Below are positions 38,302-49,538 of a stretch of 64,000 bases of DNA, in pieces; the first letter of the stretch is position 1, and the number at the start of each line of letters is the position of its first letter. Made by a program: the position numbers and the translations under genes. The notes below the pieces were generated by a model that was given only the letters and a program-made list of their open reading frames with translations, searched no databases and was not told the origin of the DNA. Source of the stretch: Allosphingosinicella sp. (GTDB taxonomy: Bacteria; Pseudomonadota; Alphaproteobacteria; Sphingomonadales; Sphingomonadaceae); NCBI GenBank assembly GCA_036388575.1, contig DASVRO010000064.1, positions 11,782-75,781 on the forward strand, written 5' to 3'.

Positions 38302-39000
38302 CTATATTGTGGCGCGGAGCCTCTTGCCGTTCCTGACGAAGACGAACTCGGTCTTCGTCGTATTGCCCATCTGCCAGGCGAGCTCGGCCATCCTTTCCTC
38401 GTCGAGCTGGCTGCCGTTGACGCTGACGATGACGTCGCCCGGCCGCAGCCCGGCGCGGATCAGCTGGGGCAGGCTCTCGCCCGGCTTCAGCGCGTAGCCG
38501 CCGATCCGATCGTTGGTCCTGACCGGCTTGAGGATGCTGCGCAGGACCGCGGCCTCGATCTTCTGCTCTTGTTCAGCGGAGAGCGACGCCGTCGCCTTCG
38601 CCGCGCCGCCGGCGCCGAAGCGGCTGAGCTCCAGCCGCACGGCGTGCGCACCGCTGCTGAGGACGGCATAATCGACGCCCACTTCGGCGAGCTTGAGGCC
38701 GGGGCGATAGTCCTGGCCGACCGCCACCACGCGCTGGCCGCCGAGCCGAGAGCCGATGATCGCCGCGGCGCTCCGGCTCGCCCCGCTGATCCCGTAGAGG
38801 ATGAGGCCGTCGGTCGAGGCGAGGGCCGGGGCGGGCGCCGGCTGCGTCGGCTGGACGGCAGCGGGCAGCGCGGCCGGCACCGTCGCGATCGGAGCACGGC
38901 GCGGTTGCTGCGCCGCCGGCGGAGCCGACAGCCAGGCGTAGCAGGCGGCGACGGCGGCGACGAAGCCCGCGGCCCTCGCCGCCAGCGCGGCCCGCTCCAC
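38302..39000 (-). CDS. Type II secretion GspC-like protein with PDZ domain
   Basis: N-terminal TM, L.LYGI...AAII....GQ..V.VG HR domain, C-terminal GY.L.PG...AGLRPGDVIVSVNG PDZ. Confidence 0.75.
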   Translation of the reverse strand: MERAALAARAAGFVAAVAACYAWLSAPPAAQQPRRAPIATVPAALPAAVQPTQPAPAPALASTDGLILYGISGASRSAAAIIGSRLGGQRVVAVGQDYRPGLKLAEVGVDYAVLSSGAHAVRLELSRFGAGGAAKATASLSAEQEQKIEAAVLRSILKPVRTNDRIGGYALKPGESLPQLIRAGLRPGDVIVSVNGSQLDEERMAELAWQMGNTTKTEFVFVRNGKRLRATI

Positions 39001-39001
39001 C

Positions 39002-39686
<685 letters not shown>

Positions 39687-39700
<14 letters not shown>

Positions 39701-40394
39701 GAATCTGGCTTTCGCTGTGGCAGCGGCCCGGCGGGCGTCGCCCGGTGGCCGCGAAATGGACGAGGCTGGCGATCTCCGCCGAATGGCCGGCCACCTTGGC
39801 GAGGCTCTGGGCGGCGAAGAGGAGGTTGGCCGCGGACGCGCTTCCGAGCGGATTGGCGATCATCGCCGCCATCGACGAATGATAGAGCGAGTCGTAGGCG
39901 GCCTGCGCCTCCTCGCTCGCGGCACGGATCGCGCCCTCGGCCCCGGCGTCGCGGCCGGCGAAGGCGTTCAGCGCCGCCCGGAGCGTCTCGAGCGCCGTCT
40001 CCGCCAGCCGGGTGAGCGGCGCCGGCATCACCACCACCGGCTGGGTCGCGACGGCCGGCAAGCGCCTCGCTATGCTTCGGGCATGGCCACCGGCCCGCTG
40101 GACGAGGTCCGATATCTTCAGCGACGCGACGACTTCGCGAAGATCGTCGGCCATCGGCGCGCGCAGCGCGATCAGGCAGATCCCCCGCCGCTCGACCTCC
40201 TCGCCGAGCGCTGCGATCCGGCGGTCGAGCGCGAGCGCCTCCTCCGCCGCCTCGCTCTCGAACCGGCACAGCGCCCGGATCGCCGCCGCGACCGCCGCCT
40301 CGGCCCACCCGCCGAGCTCGGCCACGGTCGCGCGCAGCTGCTCGAGATCGTCGTCGAACGCCTTGACGGTATGGGTGGAGGGTTGGGCGGTCAT
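39687..40394 (-). CDS. Divergent PhoU paralogue (copy 2)
   Basis: HTVKAFDDDL, PMADDLREVVA.LKI; the ERxxD motifs are degenerate. Confidence 0.8.
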
Positions 40395-40480
40395 TCGACT
40401 GCCTCCGCCTCCAGCGCCTGCCACGATGCCATTTTTCCGATCCCCTCGCGATCCCACCCGGCAGGAAGTGCGCCACTTTC

Positions 40481-40498
40481 ATGACAGCCGTGTGAAAC
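40481..40498 (-). promoter_or_regulatory. Pho box for the phoU2-phoB2-gspC operon
   Basis: Minus strand GTTTCAC-ACGG-CTGTCAT. Confidence 0.7.
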
Positions 40499-40558
40499 CC
40501 GCCGGCCCCTTTCCCGCGGGGCTTGGCGCGCCTCCACCCTCATCCCCATGTTCAGGCG

Positions 40559-41638
40559 ATGACACGGCTTTCCAGATCGATCGTCATCGTGTCGGCGGCG
40601 GCCCTGGCGGCCTGCTCCGGTCCGCAGCCGTCCGGCTCGGCCGCGGCGTCGTCTCGTTCGGAAAGCGCCCGGCCGGCAACCCGCGGCCTCGACCCGTCGC
40701 TGATGCGGCAGGCCGAAAGCCGGGCCGGGGCGCTGCCGCGGCTGCAGGCGCTGATCGTCGCCCGCCACGGCGACATCCTTGCCGAGCATCGGCTTCGCGG
40801 CCCCGGGCTCGACCGGCCGGTGAACATCAAGTCGGCGTCCAAGTCCGTCCTCTCCGCGCTCGCCGGAATCGCCATCGGGCGAGGCATCCTCGAAGGGCCG
40901 GAGCAGAAGATCGCGCCGATCCTTCGAGCCGACCTGCCGCCGGGCGCGGATCCGCGGATCGACCGGATCGAGATCGGCCACCTGCTGTCGATGCAGGCGG
41001 GGCTCGGACGGACCTCAGGGCCCAATTACGGCGCCTGGGTCGCCAGCCCGAACTGGGTCCGCCATGCCCTTGCGCAGCCTTTCGCCGCCGAGCCCGGCGG
41101 CGCCATGCTCTATTCGACCGGATCGTCGCACCTGCTCTCGGCCGTGCTCACCCGCGCGTCCGGGCGGAGCACTCACGCTCTGGCGAAGGAATGGCTCGCC
41201 GATCCGCTCGGCTTCGAGCTTCCGCTTTGGCCGCGCGACCCGCAGGGCATCTATTTCGGCGGCAACGACATGCTGATGTCGCCGCGGGCGCTGCTGCGCT
41301 TCGGCGAGCTCTACCGGCAGGACGGGGTGGTCGACGGACGCCGGATCCTTCCCGAAGGCTGGGTCGCGCAAAGCTGGCGGCCGCGAACGACCTCGCCGTG
41401 GAGCGGCAATCCCTACGGCTATGGCTGGTTCTCGCAAAAGGCCGGCGGCCACGACGTCCACTTCGCCTGGGGCTATGGCGGGCAGATGCTGTTCATCGTG
41501 CCCGATCTCGAGCTGACCGTGGTGATGATCTCCGACCCGTCGCCCCACCCGCGCGCGGAGAGCCATGTGCCGGCGCTCTATGCGCTGCTCGAGCAGCTTA
41601 TCATCCCGGCGGCCCGCAACGGCGCCTCCGGCGTCTGA
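40559..41638 (+). CDS. Beta-lactamase-family serine hydrolase lipoprotein (NylB-like)
   Basis: LAAC lipobox, SASK (SxxK), PG....YS, YGYGW, AWGYGGQ. Confidence 0.85.
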   Translation: MTRLSRSIVIVSAAALAACSGPQPSGSAAASSRSESARPATRGLDPSLMRQAESRAGALPRLQALIVARHGDILAEHRLRGPGLDRPVNIKSASKSVLSALAGIAIGRGILEGPEQKIAPILRADLPPGADPRIDRIEIGHLLSMQAGLGRTSGPNYGAWVASPNWVRHALAQPFAAEPGGAMLYSTGSSHLLSAVLTRASGRSTHALAKEWLADPLGFELPLWPRDPQGIYFGGNDMLMSPRALLRFGELYRQDGVVDGRRILPEGWVAQSWRPRTTSPWSGNPYGYGWFSQKAGGHDVHFAWGYGGQMLFIVPDLELTVVMISDPSPHPRAESHVPALYALLEQLIIPAARNGASGV

Positions 41639-41662
41639 CGAATTCCACTTCCACGCCGCCGC

Positions 41663-42226
41663 TCACTCCGCCAGCGCGTCCCTCAGGAGCTGGACGAGCT
41701 TTCGCTCGAGCCTTTGCCCGTCGCAGCCGGCGAGGGGTTCGACGCCCATGAAGGAGCGCATGACGGTGGTTCCGGTCAGGATGCTGAACGCGACGGCGAC
41801 TCGGAGCTCGGCGTCGGGGCCCGAGAGGAGGCGGGCGACCGGCTCGATCACGTCCTCGCGAAAGGCGGTCCTGACCAGCTCGGAGGCCTGCGGCGAGGAG
41901 GCCGAGCGCAGGATGATCAGGAGGCGGTCGAGATCCTCGCGGTCCTCCGCTTCCTCGGTCCGAAGCACCATCGCGGCGAGGAAGGCCGGCAGGTCCTCGG
42001 CGGCGACCGCCGAATCCAGCCAGTCGCAGCGCTCGCCGCGCAGGACCTCCTGGAAGAGGCTTTCCTTCGATCCGAAATAGCGGCCGACGAGCGCGACATC
42101 GACCCCGGCGTCTCGGGCGATGTCGCGCAGGCCGACATTCTCATAGCTCTCCTCGAGGAAGCGGCGGCGAGCGGACGCAAGCATCGTCTCGCGGGTCGAA
42201 GCGGCGCACCTGGCGCGGGGGGACAT
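41663..42226 (-). CDS. TetR-family regulator
   Basis: RDIARDAGVDVALV.RYFGSKE.LF HTH; RBS GAGGAG before ATG 42226. Confidence 0.9.
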   Translation of the reverse strand: MSPRARCAASTRETMLASARRRFLEESYENVGLRDIARDAGVDVALVGRYFGSKESLFQEVLRGERCDWLDSAVAAEDLPAFLAAMVLRTEEAEDREDLDRLLIILRSASSPQASELVRTAFREDVIEPVARLLSGPDAELRVAVAFSILTGTTVMRSFMGVEPLAGCDGQRLERKLVQLLRDALAE

Positions 42227-42274
42227 TGGGCTCTCCTCGGGTCTCGACGCGGGATTCGGTCGAATCGGATATCT

Positions 42275-42315
42275 TGTCAACAGATGTCGACTTAATATGT
42301 CGACAGGCGTTGACA
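42275..42315. promoter_or_regulatory. Tandem TetR operators in the divergent promoter
   Basis: TGTCAACAGATGTCGAC-TTAATAT-GTCGACAGGCGTTGACA: two palindromes forming a larger inverted repeat, each end reading TTGACA. Confidence 0.75.
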
Positions 42316-42400
42316 TAGGCTGAACGCCTTCCTAGTTCGCCTCCCGCCGGGCAGCCGAGGAAAGCCCCCGGCGGATCACACCGCTTCCGAAAGCCCGAAG

Positions 42401-43603
42401 ATGCCCGCAAACCGATCCGCCGCCTTGCGTGGCCTGCTCCCGTTCCTCCTCGCGCTGCTGCTCTCGGCCTGCGGCGCCGCCGCGGAGGAGCAAGCCGGGC
42501 CGCCGCCGGCGATGCCGGTGACCGTCGCCGCGCCGCTCGTCCAGGACGTGGTCGACTGGGACGATTTCGTCGGGCGGTTCGAGGCGATCCAGAGTGTCGA
42601 GGTGAAGCCGCGGGCGACCGGCTTCCTCCAGGCGGTGCATTTCCAGGACGGCCAATATGTCCGCGCCGGGCAGCTTCTCTTCACGATCGACCCGAGGCAG
42701 TCGCAGGCCGCGCTCGCTTTGGCCCAGGCCCAGCTCGCCCGGGCCCAGGCGACGCTCGCCAACGCCCGGACCGAGCTCGCCCGCTCGCGCACCCTCGCGG
42801 CCCAGCAGGCGGCGAGCACCGAGGAGGTCGAGCAGCGCCAGGCCGCGGTCCGGGCCGGCGAGGCCGATGTCGCCGCGGCCCGCGCCGCGATCCGGACCCA
42901 GCAGCTCAACGTCGGCTTCACCCGGGTGACGGCGCCGATCTCGGGCCGGGTGTCCGAGCGCCGGGTCGATGCCGGGAACAGCGTCTCCGCCGACCAGACG
43001 GTGCTCACCACCATCGTCTCGACCAGCCCGCTCCATTTCGCCTTCGAGGGTTCGGAAGCGCTGCTCCTCAAATACCAGCGCCAGAATTCGGGCGCCCGGG
43101 CGGGCACCCCGATCCGCATCCGGCTCCAGGACGAGGCAACCTATATCCATGCCGGAAGCCTCGATTTCATCGACACGGTGGTGAACACCGGCGCCGGCAC
43201 CGTCCGAGCCCGCGCCGTCGTCGCCAATCCGGCCGGCTTCCTCAAGCCCGGGATGTTCGGCCATGCGCGGCTCGCCTCGTCGCAGCCCTACCGCGCGATG
43301 CTGGTGCCCGACACCGCGATCGTCACCGATGCGGCGCGAAGGGTCGTCTACGTCGTCAGCCCGCAGGGGCTGGTGATCGCCCGGCCGGTGGTGCTCGGGC
43401 CGCTGCTCGGCAACCTCAGGGTGGTTCGAAGCGGGATCGCGCCTCAGGACCGGGTGATCATCAACGGCATCCAGCGCGCCCGGCCCGGCCAGAAGGTCAT
43501 CCCAAAGCCCGGCCGGATCGCGCCCGGAGGCGGCCCCGAGCCGCTTCCCGCCGCCCCCGCCTCGCCGCCCTCGTCGATCGCGACGACCGCCGGCGCCCTC
43601 TAG
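42401..43603 (+). CDS. RND efflux membrane fusion lipoprotein (MexE-like)
   Basis: LSAC lipobox, GQLLF.IDPR, APISGR, PG.F. Confidence 0.92.
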   Translation: MPANRSAALRGLLPFLLALLLSACGAAAEEQAGPPPAMPVTVAAPLVQDVVDWDDFVGRFEAIQSVEVKPRATGFLQAVHFQDGQYVRAGQLLFTIDPRQSQAALALAQAQLARAQATLANARTELARSRTLAAQQAASTEEVEQRQAAVRAGEADVAAARAAIRTQQLNVGFTRVTAPISGRVSERRVDAGNSVSADQTVLTTIVSTSPLHFAFEGSEALLLKYQRQNSGARAGTPIRIRLQDEATYIHAGSLDFIDTVVNTGAGTVRARAVVANPAGFLKPGMFGHARLASSQPYRAMLVPDTAIVTDAARRVVYVVSPQGLVIARPVVLGPLLGNLRVVRSGIAPQDRVIINGIQRARPGQKVIPKPGRIAPGGGPEPLPAAPASPPSSIATTAGAL

Positions 43604-43630
43604 ATCATGCCGGGATCAGATGGCTTCGTT

Positions 43631-43720
43631 CGTCCTGCCGGACTTGATCCGGCATCCACCTTTCTTCCTCGTTCACGAGCGCTCGAAGAAGGTGGATCCC
43701 GGATCAAGTCCGGCATGACG
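43631..43720. repeat. Palindromic element (family D, RPE-4-like)
   Basis: CGTCCTGCCGGACTTGATCCGGCATCCACC...GGTGGATCCCGGATCAAGTCCGGCATGACG long inverted repeat. Confidence 0.78.
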
Positions 43721-43761
43721 ATTCATGCTCAACCACCGATGCTTCAAGGCGAATCGAGAAG

Positions 43762-46700
43762 ATGAACATTTCCCGCTTCTTCATCGAGCGGCCGATCTTC
43801 GCCGCGGTGATCGCAATCTTCATCACCCTGATCGGCGCCTTCGCCTATCCGCAGCTCTCGCTCTCCCAATATCCCGAGATCGCGCCGCCGACGATCACCA
43901 TCAACACCGCCTATCCGGGCGCTTCGGCCGAGGCGATGGCCGAGACGGTGGCGGCGCCGATCGAGCAGGAGGTGAACGGGGTCGAGGGCATGCTCTACAT
44001 GTCCTCCTCGTCGACCAACGGCGCGGCGGGGATCACCGTCACCTTCGAGCCGGGCACCAACCTCGATGCCGCGCAGGTGCTGGTCCAGAACCGGGTCGCG
44101 CTGGCCGAGCCGCGCCTTCCGGAGCAGGTGCGCCAGATCGGCGTGACGGTGAACAAGGCCTCGACCGGCTTCCTGATGATCGTCGCTCTGACCTCGACGG
44201 ACCCGAACCTCGACGTCGACTACATAGGCAATTTCGCCAACACCAACCTTCGCGACCGGCTGCTCCGCCTCGAGGGCGTCGGCGGGGTGCAGGTGTTCGG
44301 CGGCGGCAATTACGCGATGCGGATCTGGATCGATCCCGACCGGGCGGCGGCGCGCAACCTCACCGCCGGCGAGATCGTCGCGGCGCTCCGGACCCAGAAC
44401 GTGCAGGTCGCCGGCGGAGCGCTCGGCGAGCCGCCTTATGCGAACGGCAATCCCGCCTTCCAGCTTCCGATCGAGGTGCAGGGGCGGCTGAACGACCCGG
44501 CGCAGTTCGCCGACGTCGTCATCAAGACCGACTCGGGCGGAGCGATCACCCGGGTGCGCGATATCGGCCGGGTCGAGCTCGGAAGCCAGGAATATGGCAT
44601 CCGCGGCTCCTTCACCGGCAAGCGCGGAGTCGCCCTGGCGATCATCCAGCAACCGGGCTCGAACGCGCTCGACGCGGCCGAGCTGGTGCTCGACGAGGTC
44701 AAGGAAGCGTCGAAGACCTTCCCGCCGGGAATCCAATATTCGATCCCCTACAATCCGACCGAATATGTCGCGGCCTCGGTGGAGGGCGTTCAGGAGACTC
44801 TGATCGAGGCGATCGTCCTCGTCGTCCTCGTCGTCATGATCTTCCTGCAGACCTGGCGGGCGGCGATCATCCCGATCCTCGCCATCCCCGTCGCCCTGAT
44901 CGGCACCTTCGCGATCCAGCTCGCGCTCGGCTTCTCGATCAACTCGCTGTCGCTGTTCGCGCTGGTGCTGGCGGTCGGAATCGTCGTCGACGACGCCATC
45001 GTCGTGGTCGAGGCGGTGGAGAAGCATATCCGCAACGGGCTGACGCCGCGCGAGGCGGCGCACCGGACGATGCGGGAAGTGTCCGGCGCCCTGATCGCCA
45101 TCGGCCTGGTGCTGACGGCGGTGTTCGTTCCGACCGCCTTCGTCTCGGGCATCCCCGGCATCTTCTACCGCCAGTTCGCGGTGACGATCGCGGCGGCGTC
45201 GCTCATCTCGCTGGTCGTCTCGCTGACGCTGTCGCCGGCCATGGCGGCGCTGCTCCTCAAGCCGCACACCGAGCATCGCGGCGAGGGCAACCGCCTGACC
45301 AGGCCGCTGCGCTGGGCCGGGGACAGGTTCAACGCCGGCTTCGACTGGCTGTCCGAGCGCTACGGGCGATTCACCGCGCGGGTGGTGCGCAAGTCGGCCG
45401 TTATGCTCGCCATCTATGCCGGCTTCCTGGCGCTGACCGGGGTGACCCTCACCTCGACCCCGACCGGCTTCATCCCCGAGCAGGACCAGGGCGTCCTGAT
45501 CGGAGTCGTGCAGCTTCCGCCGGGCTCCTCGCTCGAGCGGACCAGCGAGGTGCTCGACCGCGCCTATCAGATCGCCCGCAAGACCCATGGCGTGGTCGAC
45601 GCGGCGACCTTCGCCGGCCTCGACGGAGCGAGCTTCTCGCAAGCGTCCAATTCCGGCACGATGTTCATGAGGCTCAGCGACTGGTCGGACCGCAGCGGCA
45701 ACCAGCTCTCCGCCGACGAGCTTTCCAAGACCCTGACCATGGCGATGGGCGGCGCGATCGAGGAAGCCAATGTCTTCGTCATCGCTCCGCCCGCCGTGCC
45801 CGGCCTGGGCACCGGCAACGGCTTCACGATGATGATCCAGGACCGCACCGGCGCCGGCTACCAGGCGCTGGAAGGGGCGACCTTCGCGATGATGGGCGCG
45901 GCCGCCCAGCGCGAGGAGGTGACCCAGGTCTTCTCCCTGTTCAACACCGGCTCGCCGCGGGTGCAGGCGGACGTCGACCGCGACCGGGCGCAGCTGCTCG
46001 GAGTGCAGCCGGCGCAGGTCTACGAGGCGCTCGGCACCTATCTGGGCTCGACCTACGTCAACGATTTCAACCTGCTCGGGCGCACCTTCCGGGTGACCGC
46101 CCAGGCGGAGCCGACGGCGCGCGACGATCTGTCCGACATCGGCCGGCTTCAGGTGCGTTCGGCTACGGGCTCGATGGTGCCTCTCTCGTCGGTCGCGACG
46201 CTGCGCAACGACAGCGGTCCGTCGCGGGTGGTGCGCTACAATTTGTTCCCGGCGGTCGAGCTTCAGGGCGCTGCGGCTCCGGGCGTCTCGTCGGGCGACG
46301 CGCTTCGGGTGATGGGCGAGCTCGCCGGCCAGGCGCTTCCGCAGGGCATGAGCTACGAATGGACCGGCCTTGCCTATCAGGAGCAGGCGGCGGGGAGCAG
46401 CTCGGCGCTGATCTTCCTGCTCGCGGTGGTCTTCGTCTTCCTGGTGCTGGCGGCGCAATATGAGGCGCTGACCCTGCCGCTCGCGGTGATCCTGATCGTT
46501 CCGATGTGCATCCTGGCGGCGCTCGCTGGCGTGCTGCTGAGGGGGATGGACAACAACATCCTGACCCAGGTGGGCCTCGTCGTCCTGGTCGCCCTGGCGG
46601 CGAAGAACGCCATCCTGATCGTCGAGTTCGCCAAGCAGGCGGAGGAGGAGCAGGGCATGGACCGGTTCGACGCCGCCGTCACCGCCGCAAGCTCGCGCCT

Positions 46701-46983
46701 CCGGCCGATCCTGATGACCAGCTTCGCCTTCATCTTCGGAGTCATCCCGCTCGCCATCGCGGTGGGGCCGGGCGCGGAGATGCGGCAGGCGCTGGGAACG
46801 GCGGTGAGCTTCGGGATGCTCGGAGTCACCGTCTTCGGCCTGATCTTCACCCCGGTCTTCTACGTCGTCACCCGAGGCCTCGGCCGCTTCCTTCCCAAGA
46901 AGCCGGAGAAGGAGATCCTCTACCCCACGTCCTACGGCGGCCCCTCGCGCGACCCGCTGCTCGACGACGGAGCCAAGACATGA
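43762..46983 (+). CDS. HAE1 RND efflux permease (MexF-like)
   Basis: FFIERPIFA, GIVVDDAIVVVE, AKNAILIVEFA, RLRPILMTS. Confidence 0.95.
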   Translation: MNISRFFIERPIFAAVIAIFITLIGAFAYPQLSLSQYPEIAPPTITINTAYPGASAEAMAETVAAPIEQEVNGVEGMLYMSSSSTNGAAGITVTFEPGTNLDAAQVLVQNRVALAEPRLPEQVRQIGVTVNKASTGFLMIVALTSTDPNLDVDYIGNFANTNLRDRLLRLEGVGGVQVFGGGNYAMRIWIDPDRAAARNLTAGEIVAALRTQNVQVAGGALGEPPYANGNPAFQLPIEVQGRLNDPAQFADVVIKTDSGGAITRVRDIGRVELGSQEYGIRGSFTGKRGVALAIIQQPGSNALDAAELVLDEVKEASKTFPPGIQYSIPYNPTEYVAASVEGVQETLIEAIVLVVLVVMIFLQTWRAAIIPILAIPVALIGTFAIQLALGFSINSLSLFALVLAVGIVVDDAIVVVEAVEKHIRNGLTPREAAHRTMREVSGALIAIGLVLTAVFVPTAFVSGIPGIFYRQFAVTIAAASLISLVVSLTLSPAMAALLLKPHTEHRGEGNRLTRPLRWAGDRFNAGFDWLSERYGRFTARVVRKSAVMLAIYAGFLALTGVTLTSTPTGFIPEQDQGVLIGVVQLPPGSSLERTSEVLDRAYQIARKTHGVVDAATFAGLDGASFSQASNSGTMFMRLSDWSDRSGNQLSADELSKTLTMAMGGAIEEANVFVIAPPAVPGLGTGNGFTMMIQDRTGAGYQALEGATFAMMGAAAQREEVTQVFSLFNTGSPRVQADVDRDRAQLLGVQPAQVYEALGTYLGSTYVNDFNLLGRTFRVTAQAEPTARDDLSDIGRLQVRSATGSMVPLSSVATLRNDSGPSRVVRYNLFPAVELQGAAAPGVSSGDALRVMGELAGQALPQGMSYEWTGLAYQEQAAGSSSALIFLLAVVFVFLVLAAQYEALTLPLAVILIVPMCILAALAGVLLRGMDNNILTQVGLVVLVALAAKNAILIVEFAKQAEEEQGMDRFDAAVTAASSRLRPILMTSFAFIFGVIPLAIAVGPGAEMRQALGTAVSFGMLGVTVFGLIFTPVFYVVTRGLGRFLPKKPEKEILYPTSYGGPSRDPLLDDGAKT

Positions 46984-48368
46984 TCCGCAAGCTACTGCTC
47001 CCGGCGCTGAGCGCCCTGGCGCTCGCCGCCTGCACCACCGTCGGGCCGAACTACCAATCGCCCGCGCCCGCCGCTCCGGCGCAGACCGGCTTCGTCGGCG
47101 CCTCGTCGCCCGCCTTCACCGGCGACGAGCCTCCCGGCCGCTGGTGGAGCCTGCTGCAGGATCCGGTGCTGGACGGCCTCGTCGAGCAGGCGCTGACGGC
47201 GAACACCGACCTTCGAGTGGCGGCGGCGAACCTGGCCCAGGCCCGCGCCGTGCTCCGCGAGACCCGGGCGGGACGACTTCCGACCACCAACCTGTCGGGC
47301 GGAGCGACCTACGCCAACCAGCCCGGCCCGGGCGGCGCCGACACGATCTTCGACGTCGGCCTCGACGTCGGCTACCAGCTCGACCTGTTCGGCCGGATCC
47401 GCCGAGCCACGGAAGCGGGCCGGGCCGACGTCGAGGCGGTGCAGGCCGCCTTCGACCTCACCCGGATCACCGTCGCCGCCGAGACGGCGCGGGCTTATTC
47501 CGACGCCTGCAATTTCGGCCGCCAGCTCGAGGTCGCCCGGGACAGCGTCCGCATCCAGGAGCAGACCTTCGACCTCACCCGGCGGCTCGTCGCCGGCGGC
47601 CGCGGAACCGCGCTCGACACCGCCCAGGCGGGCTCGCTGCTCGAGCAGACCCGGGCGCAGCTTCCCACCCTGGAAGGGGAGCGCCGGGCGGCCCTCTACC
47701 GCCTGTCGGTCCTGACCGGCCGGCCGCCCGCGGAATTTCCTCAGGTGGTGGCGGCGTGCAGCACGCCTCCGGCCCTGTCGCAGCCGGTCCCGGTGGGAAG
47801 CGGCGCCTCGCTCCTCGCCCGGCGGCCCGATATCCGCCGCGCCGAGCGCGAGCTCGCCGCGGCGACCGCCCGGATCGGAGTCGCCACGGCCGAGCTCTAT
47901 CCCGACATCAGCCTCGGCCTCTCGGCCGGCTCGACCGCCAGTTCGATCGGCGGGCTCGCCTCCGGCTCGGGCCTGCGCTTCGGGCTCGGGCCGCTGATCA
48001 GCTGGACCTTCCCGAACCGGGCGGTGGCGCGAAGCCGGATCGCGCAGGCCGAAGCCGCCACCCAGGCGGCGCTCGCCCGCTTCGACGGCACCTGGCTGGG
48101 CGCGCTCGAGGAGACGGAAAGCGCCCTTGCCCGCTATTCGAGCGAGATGGAGCGGGTCGCCACGCTGCGCCGGGCGCGGGCCAACAGCGCCGAAGCCGCC
48201 AGGATCGCCCGGCTCCGCTACCAGGCCGGCCGCGAAGGCTTCCAGCTCGTCCTCGAGGCCGAGCGCTCGCTCGCCCAGACCGAGGCCGCGCTCGCCCAGG
48301 CGGAGGCGCAGCGCTCGACGCACCTGATCGCGCTGTTCCTCGCGCTCGGCGGCGGCTGGCAGGCTTGA
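46980..48368 (+). CDS. Outer membrane efflux lipoprotein (OprN/NodT-like)
   Basis: LAAC.VGP.Y, WW....DP.L, RRPDIR.AE, L..ALGGGW. Confidence 0.93.
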   Translation: MIRKLLLPALSALALAACTTVGPNYQSPAPAAPAQTGFVGASSPAFTGDEPPGRWWSLLQDPVLDGLVEQALTANTDLRVAAANLAQARAVLRETRAGRLPTTNLSGGATYANQPGPGGADTIFDVGLDVGYQLDLFGRIRRATEAGRADVEAVQAAFDLTRITVAAETARAYSDACNFGRQLEVARDSVRIQEQTFDLTRRLVAGGRGTALDTAQAGSLLEQTRAQLPTLEGERRAALYRLSVLTGRPPAEFPQVVAACSTPPALSQPVPVGSGASLLARRPDIRRAERELAAATARIGVATAELYPDISLGLSAGSTASSIGGLASGSGLRFGLGPLISWTFPNRAVARSRIAQAEAATQAALARFDGTWLGALEETESALARYSSEMERVATLRRARANSAEAARIARLRYQAGREGFQLVLEAERSLAQTEAALAQAEAQRSTHLIALFLALGGGWQA

Positions 48369-48402
48369 TCGGGCCGGGGGCGAGCGTCGCCACTGGCGGC
48401 TC

Positions 48403-48495
48403 TGGCGGAGACGGAGGGATTCGAACCCTCGGTAGGAGTAATCCCCCTACGGCGGTTTAGCAAACCGCTGGTTTCAGCCACTCACCCACGTCTCC
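48403..48495 (-). tRNA. tRNA-Ser(GCT)
   Basis: GGAGACG acceptor stem, anticodon loop TTGCTAA, long variable arm, GGTTCGAATCC, encoded CCA. Confidence 0.96.
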
Positions 48496-48756
48496 AGGCG
48501 CGCCGAAGCAGGGCCTATATAGGCCGCGGTCCGATCGTTCAACCAAGCTCGCGGCGATTTGCGGGCGGGCGCCGGCGCACGGCAGTTCCCGCAGTGCAAG
48601 GCCCGGAGTCTTACGGCAATTCCGGTAGCTTAGCCGGGAAAGCCGCCCCGGCGATGCGTTCCGGCGCGCAATCGACTCGTCTCGTCGCCCGTTCATTGCG
48701 GCGAAAGCCTTGCGGGCATTTACTTCTCCGGAAGAGCGCAAGGGGGAGTTTAGGAC

Positions 48757-49530
48757 ATGCTGAGGCCCGTTTTCCTGAGGCTCGCGGCCGCCGCGGCTTT
48801 GGCGCTCGGCGCCGTCGCCGCGCCGGCGCAGGTCTCGACCATCGATCCCAACACCGCCGCCGGGGAGGCGCCTGCCGAGGCCGCCGCCGATCCCGCCTGG
48901 GAAACGGAGGAGCCCGACTATCAGCCGGTCGATTCCGGCGATCAGGACTCTTCGCCCGCGCCCGGCTTCCAGGAGAGCGCCCCCGAAAAGGCGGCCGCCG
49001 CCCAGACCGGCACGGCGAGCCAGCGCGCCAGCCAGGCGGCCAAGGGCGAGACGATCGGGATCAAGAGGGTGCTCGGCGCCGCCGAGGGCGTGTTCGGCAA
49101 GGGCGCCGAAGGGCTCGCCGACCTCATCGAGGACGTGCTTCGCGAGCGCGGCGACCCGACCGGCTACATCACCGGCCGCGAGGCGGGCGGAGCCTTCATC
49201 GCCGGGGTGCGCTACGGCTCGGGCATGCTCCACCACCAGGTCGAGGGGGACCGCAAGGTCCACTGGACCGGGCCTTCCGTAGGCTTCGATTTCGGGGCCA
49301 ATGCCGACAAGGTGTTCGTGCTGGTCTACAACCTCCACGACAGCCAGCGACTGTTCCGCCGATTCCCCGCCGGCGAGGGCAAGGCCTATGTCGTCGGCGG
49401 CTTCACCGCGAGCTATCTGAGGCGCGGCGACGTCGTCCTCATCCCGATCCGCCTCGGAGTGGGCGCCCGGCTCGGGATCAACGCCGGCTACATGCGCTTC
49501 AGCCAGAAGAGCCGCTGGCTGCCGTTCTGA
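48757..49530 (+). CDS. eipA: DUF1134 envelope integrity protein EipA-like
   Basis: Signal peptide; GYI.G.E.GGAF..G.RYG.G, WTGPS.GFD.G, RLG.N.GY. Confidence 0.8.
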   Translation: MLRPVFLRLAAAAALALGAVAAPAQVSTIDPNTAAGEAPAEAAADPAWETEEPDYQPVDSGDQDSSPAPGFQESAPEKAAAAQTGTASQRASQAAKGETIGIKRVLGAAEGVFGKGAEGLADLIEDVLRERGDPTGYITGREAGGAFIAGVRYGSGMLHHQVEGDRKVHWTGPSVGFDFGANADKVFVLVYNLHDSQRLFRRFPAGEGKAYVVGGFTASYLRRGDVVLIPIRLGVGARLGINAGYMRFSQKSRWLPF

Positions 49531-49538
49531 CGTAGAAG

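Noticed and set aside
41663-48495. RND cluster as a tRNA-Ser-integrated island
   Set aside because: No integrase, no distal att duplication found, composition like the flanks; only a trivial CCGCCAG echo next to the tRNA 3' end
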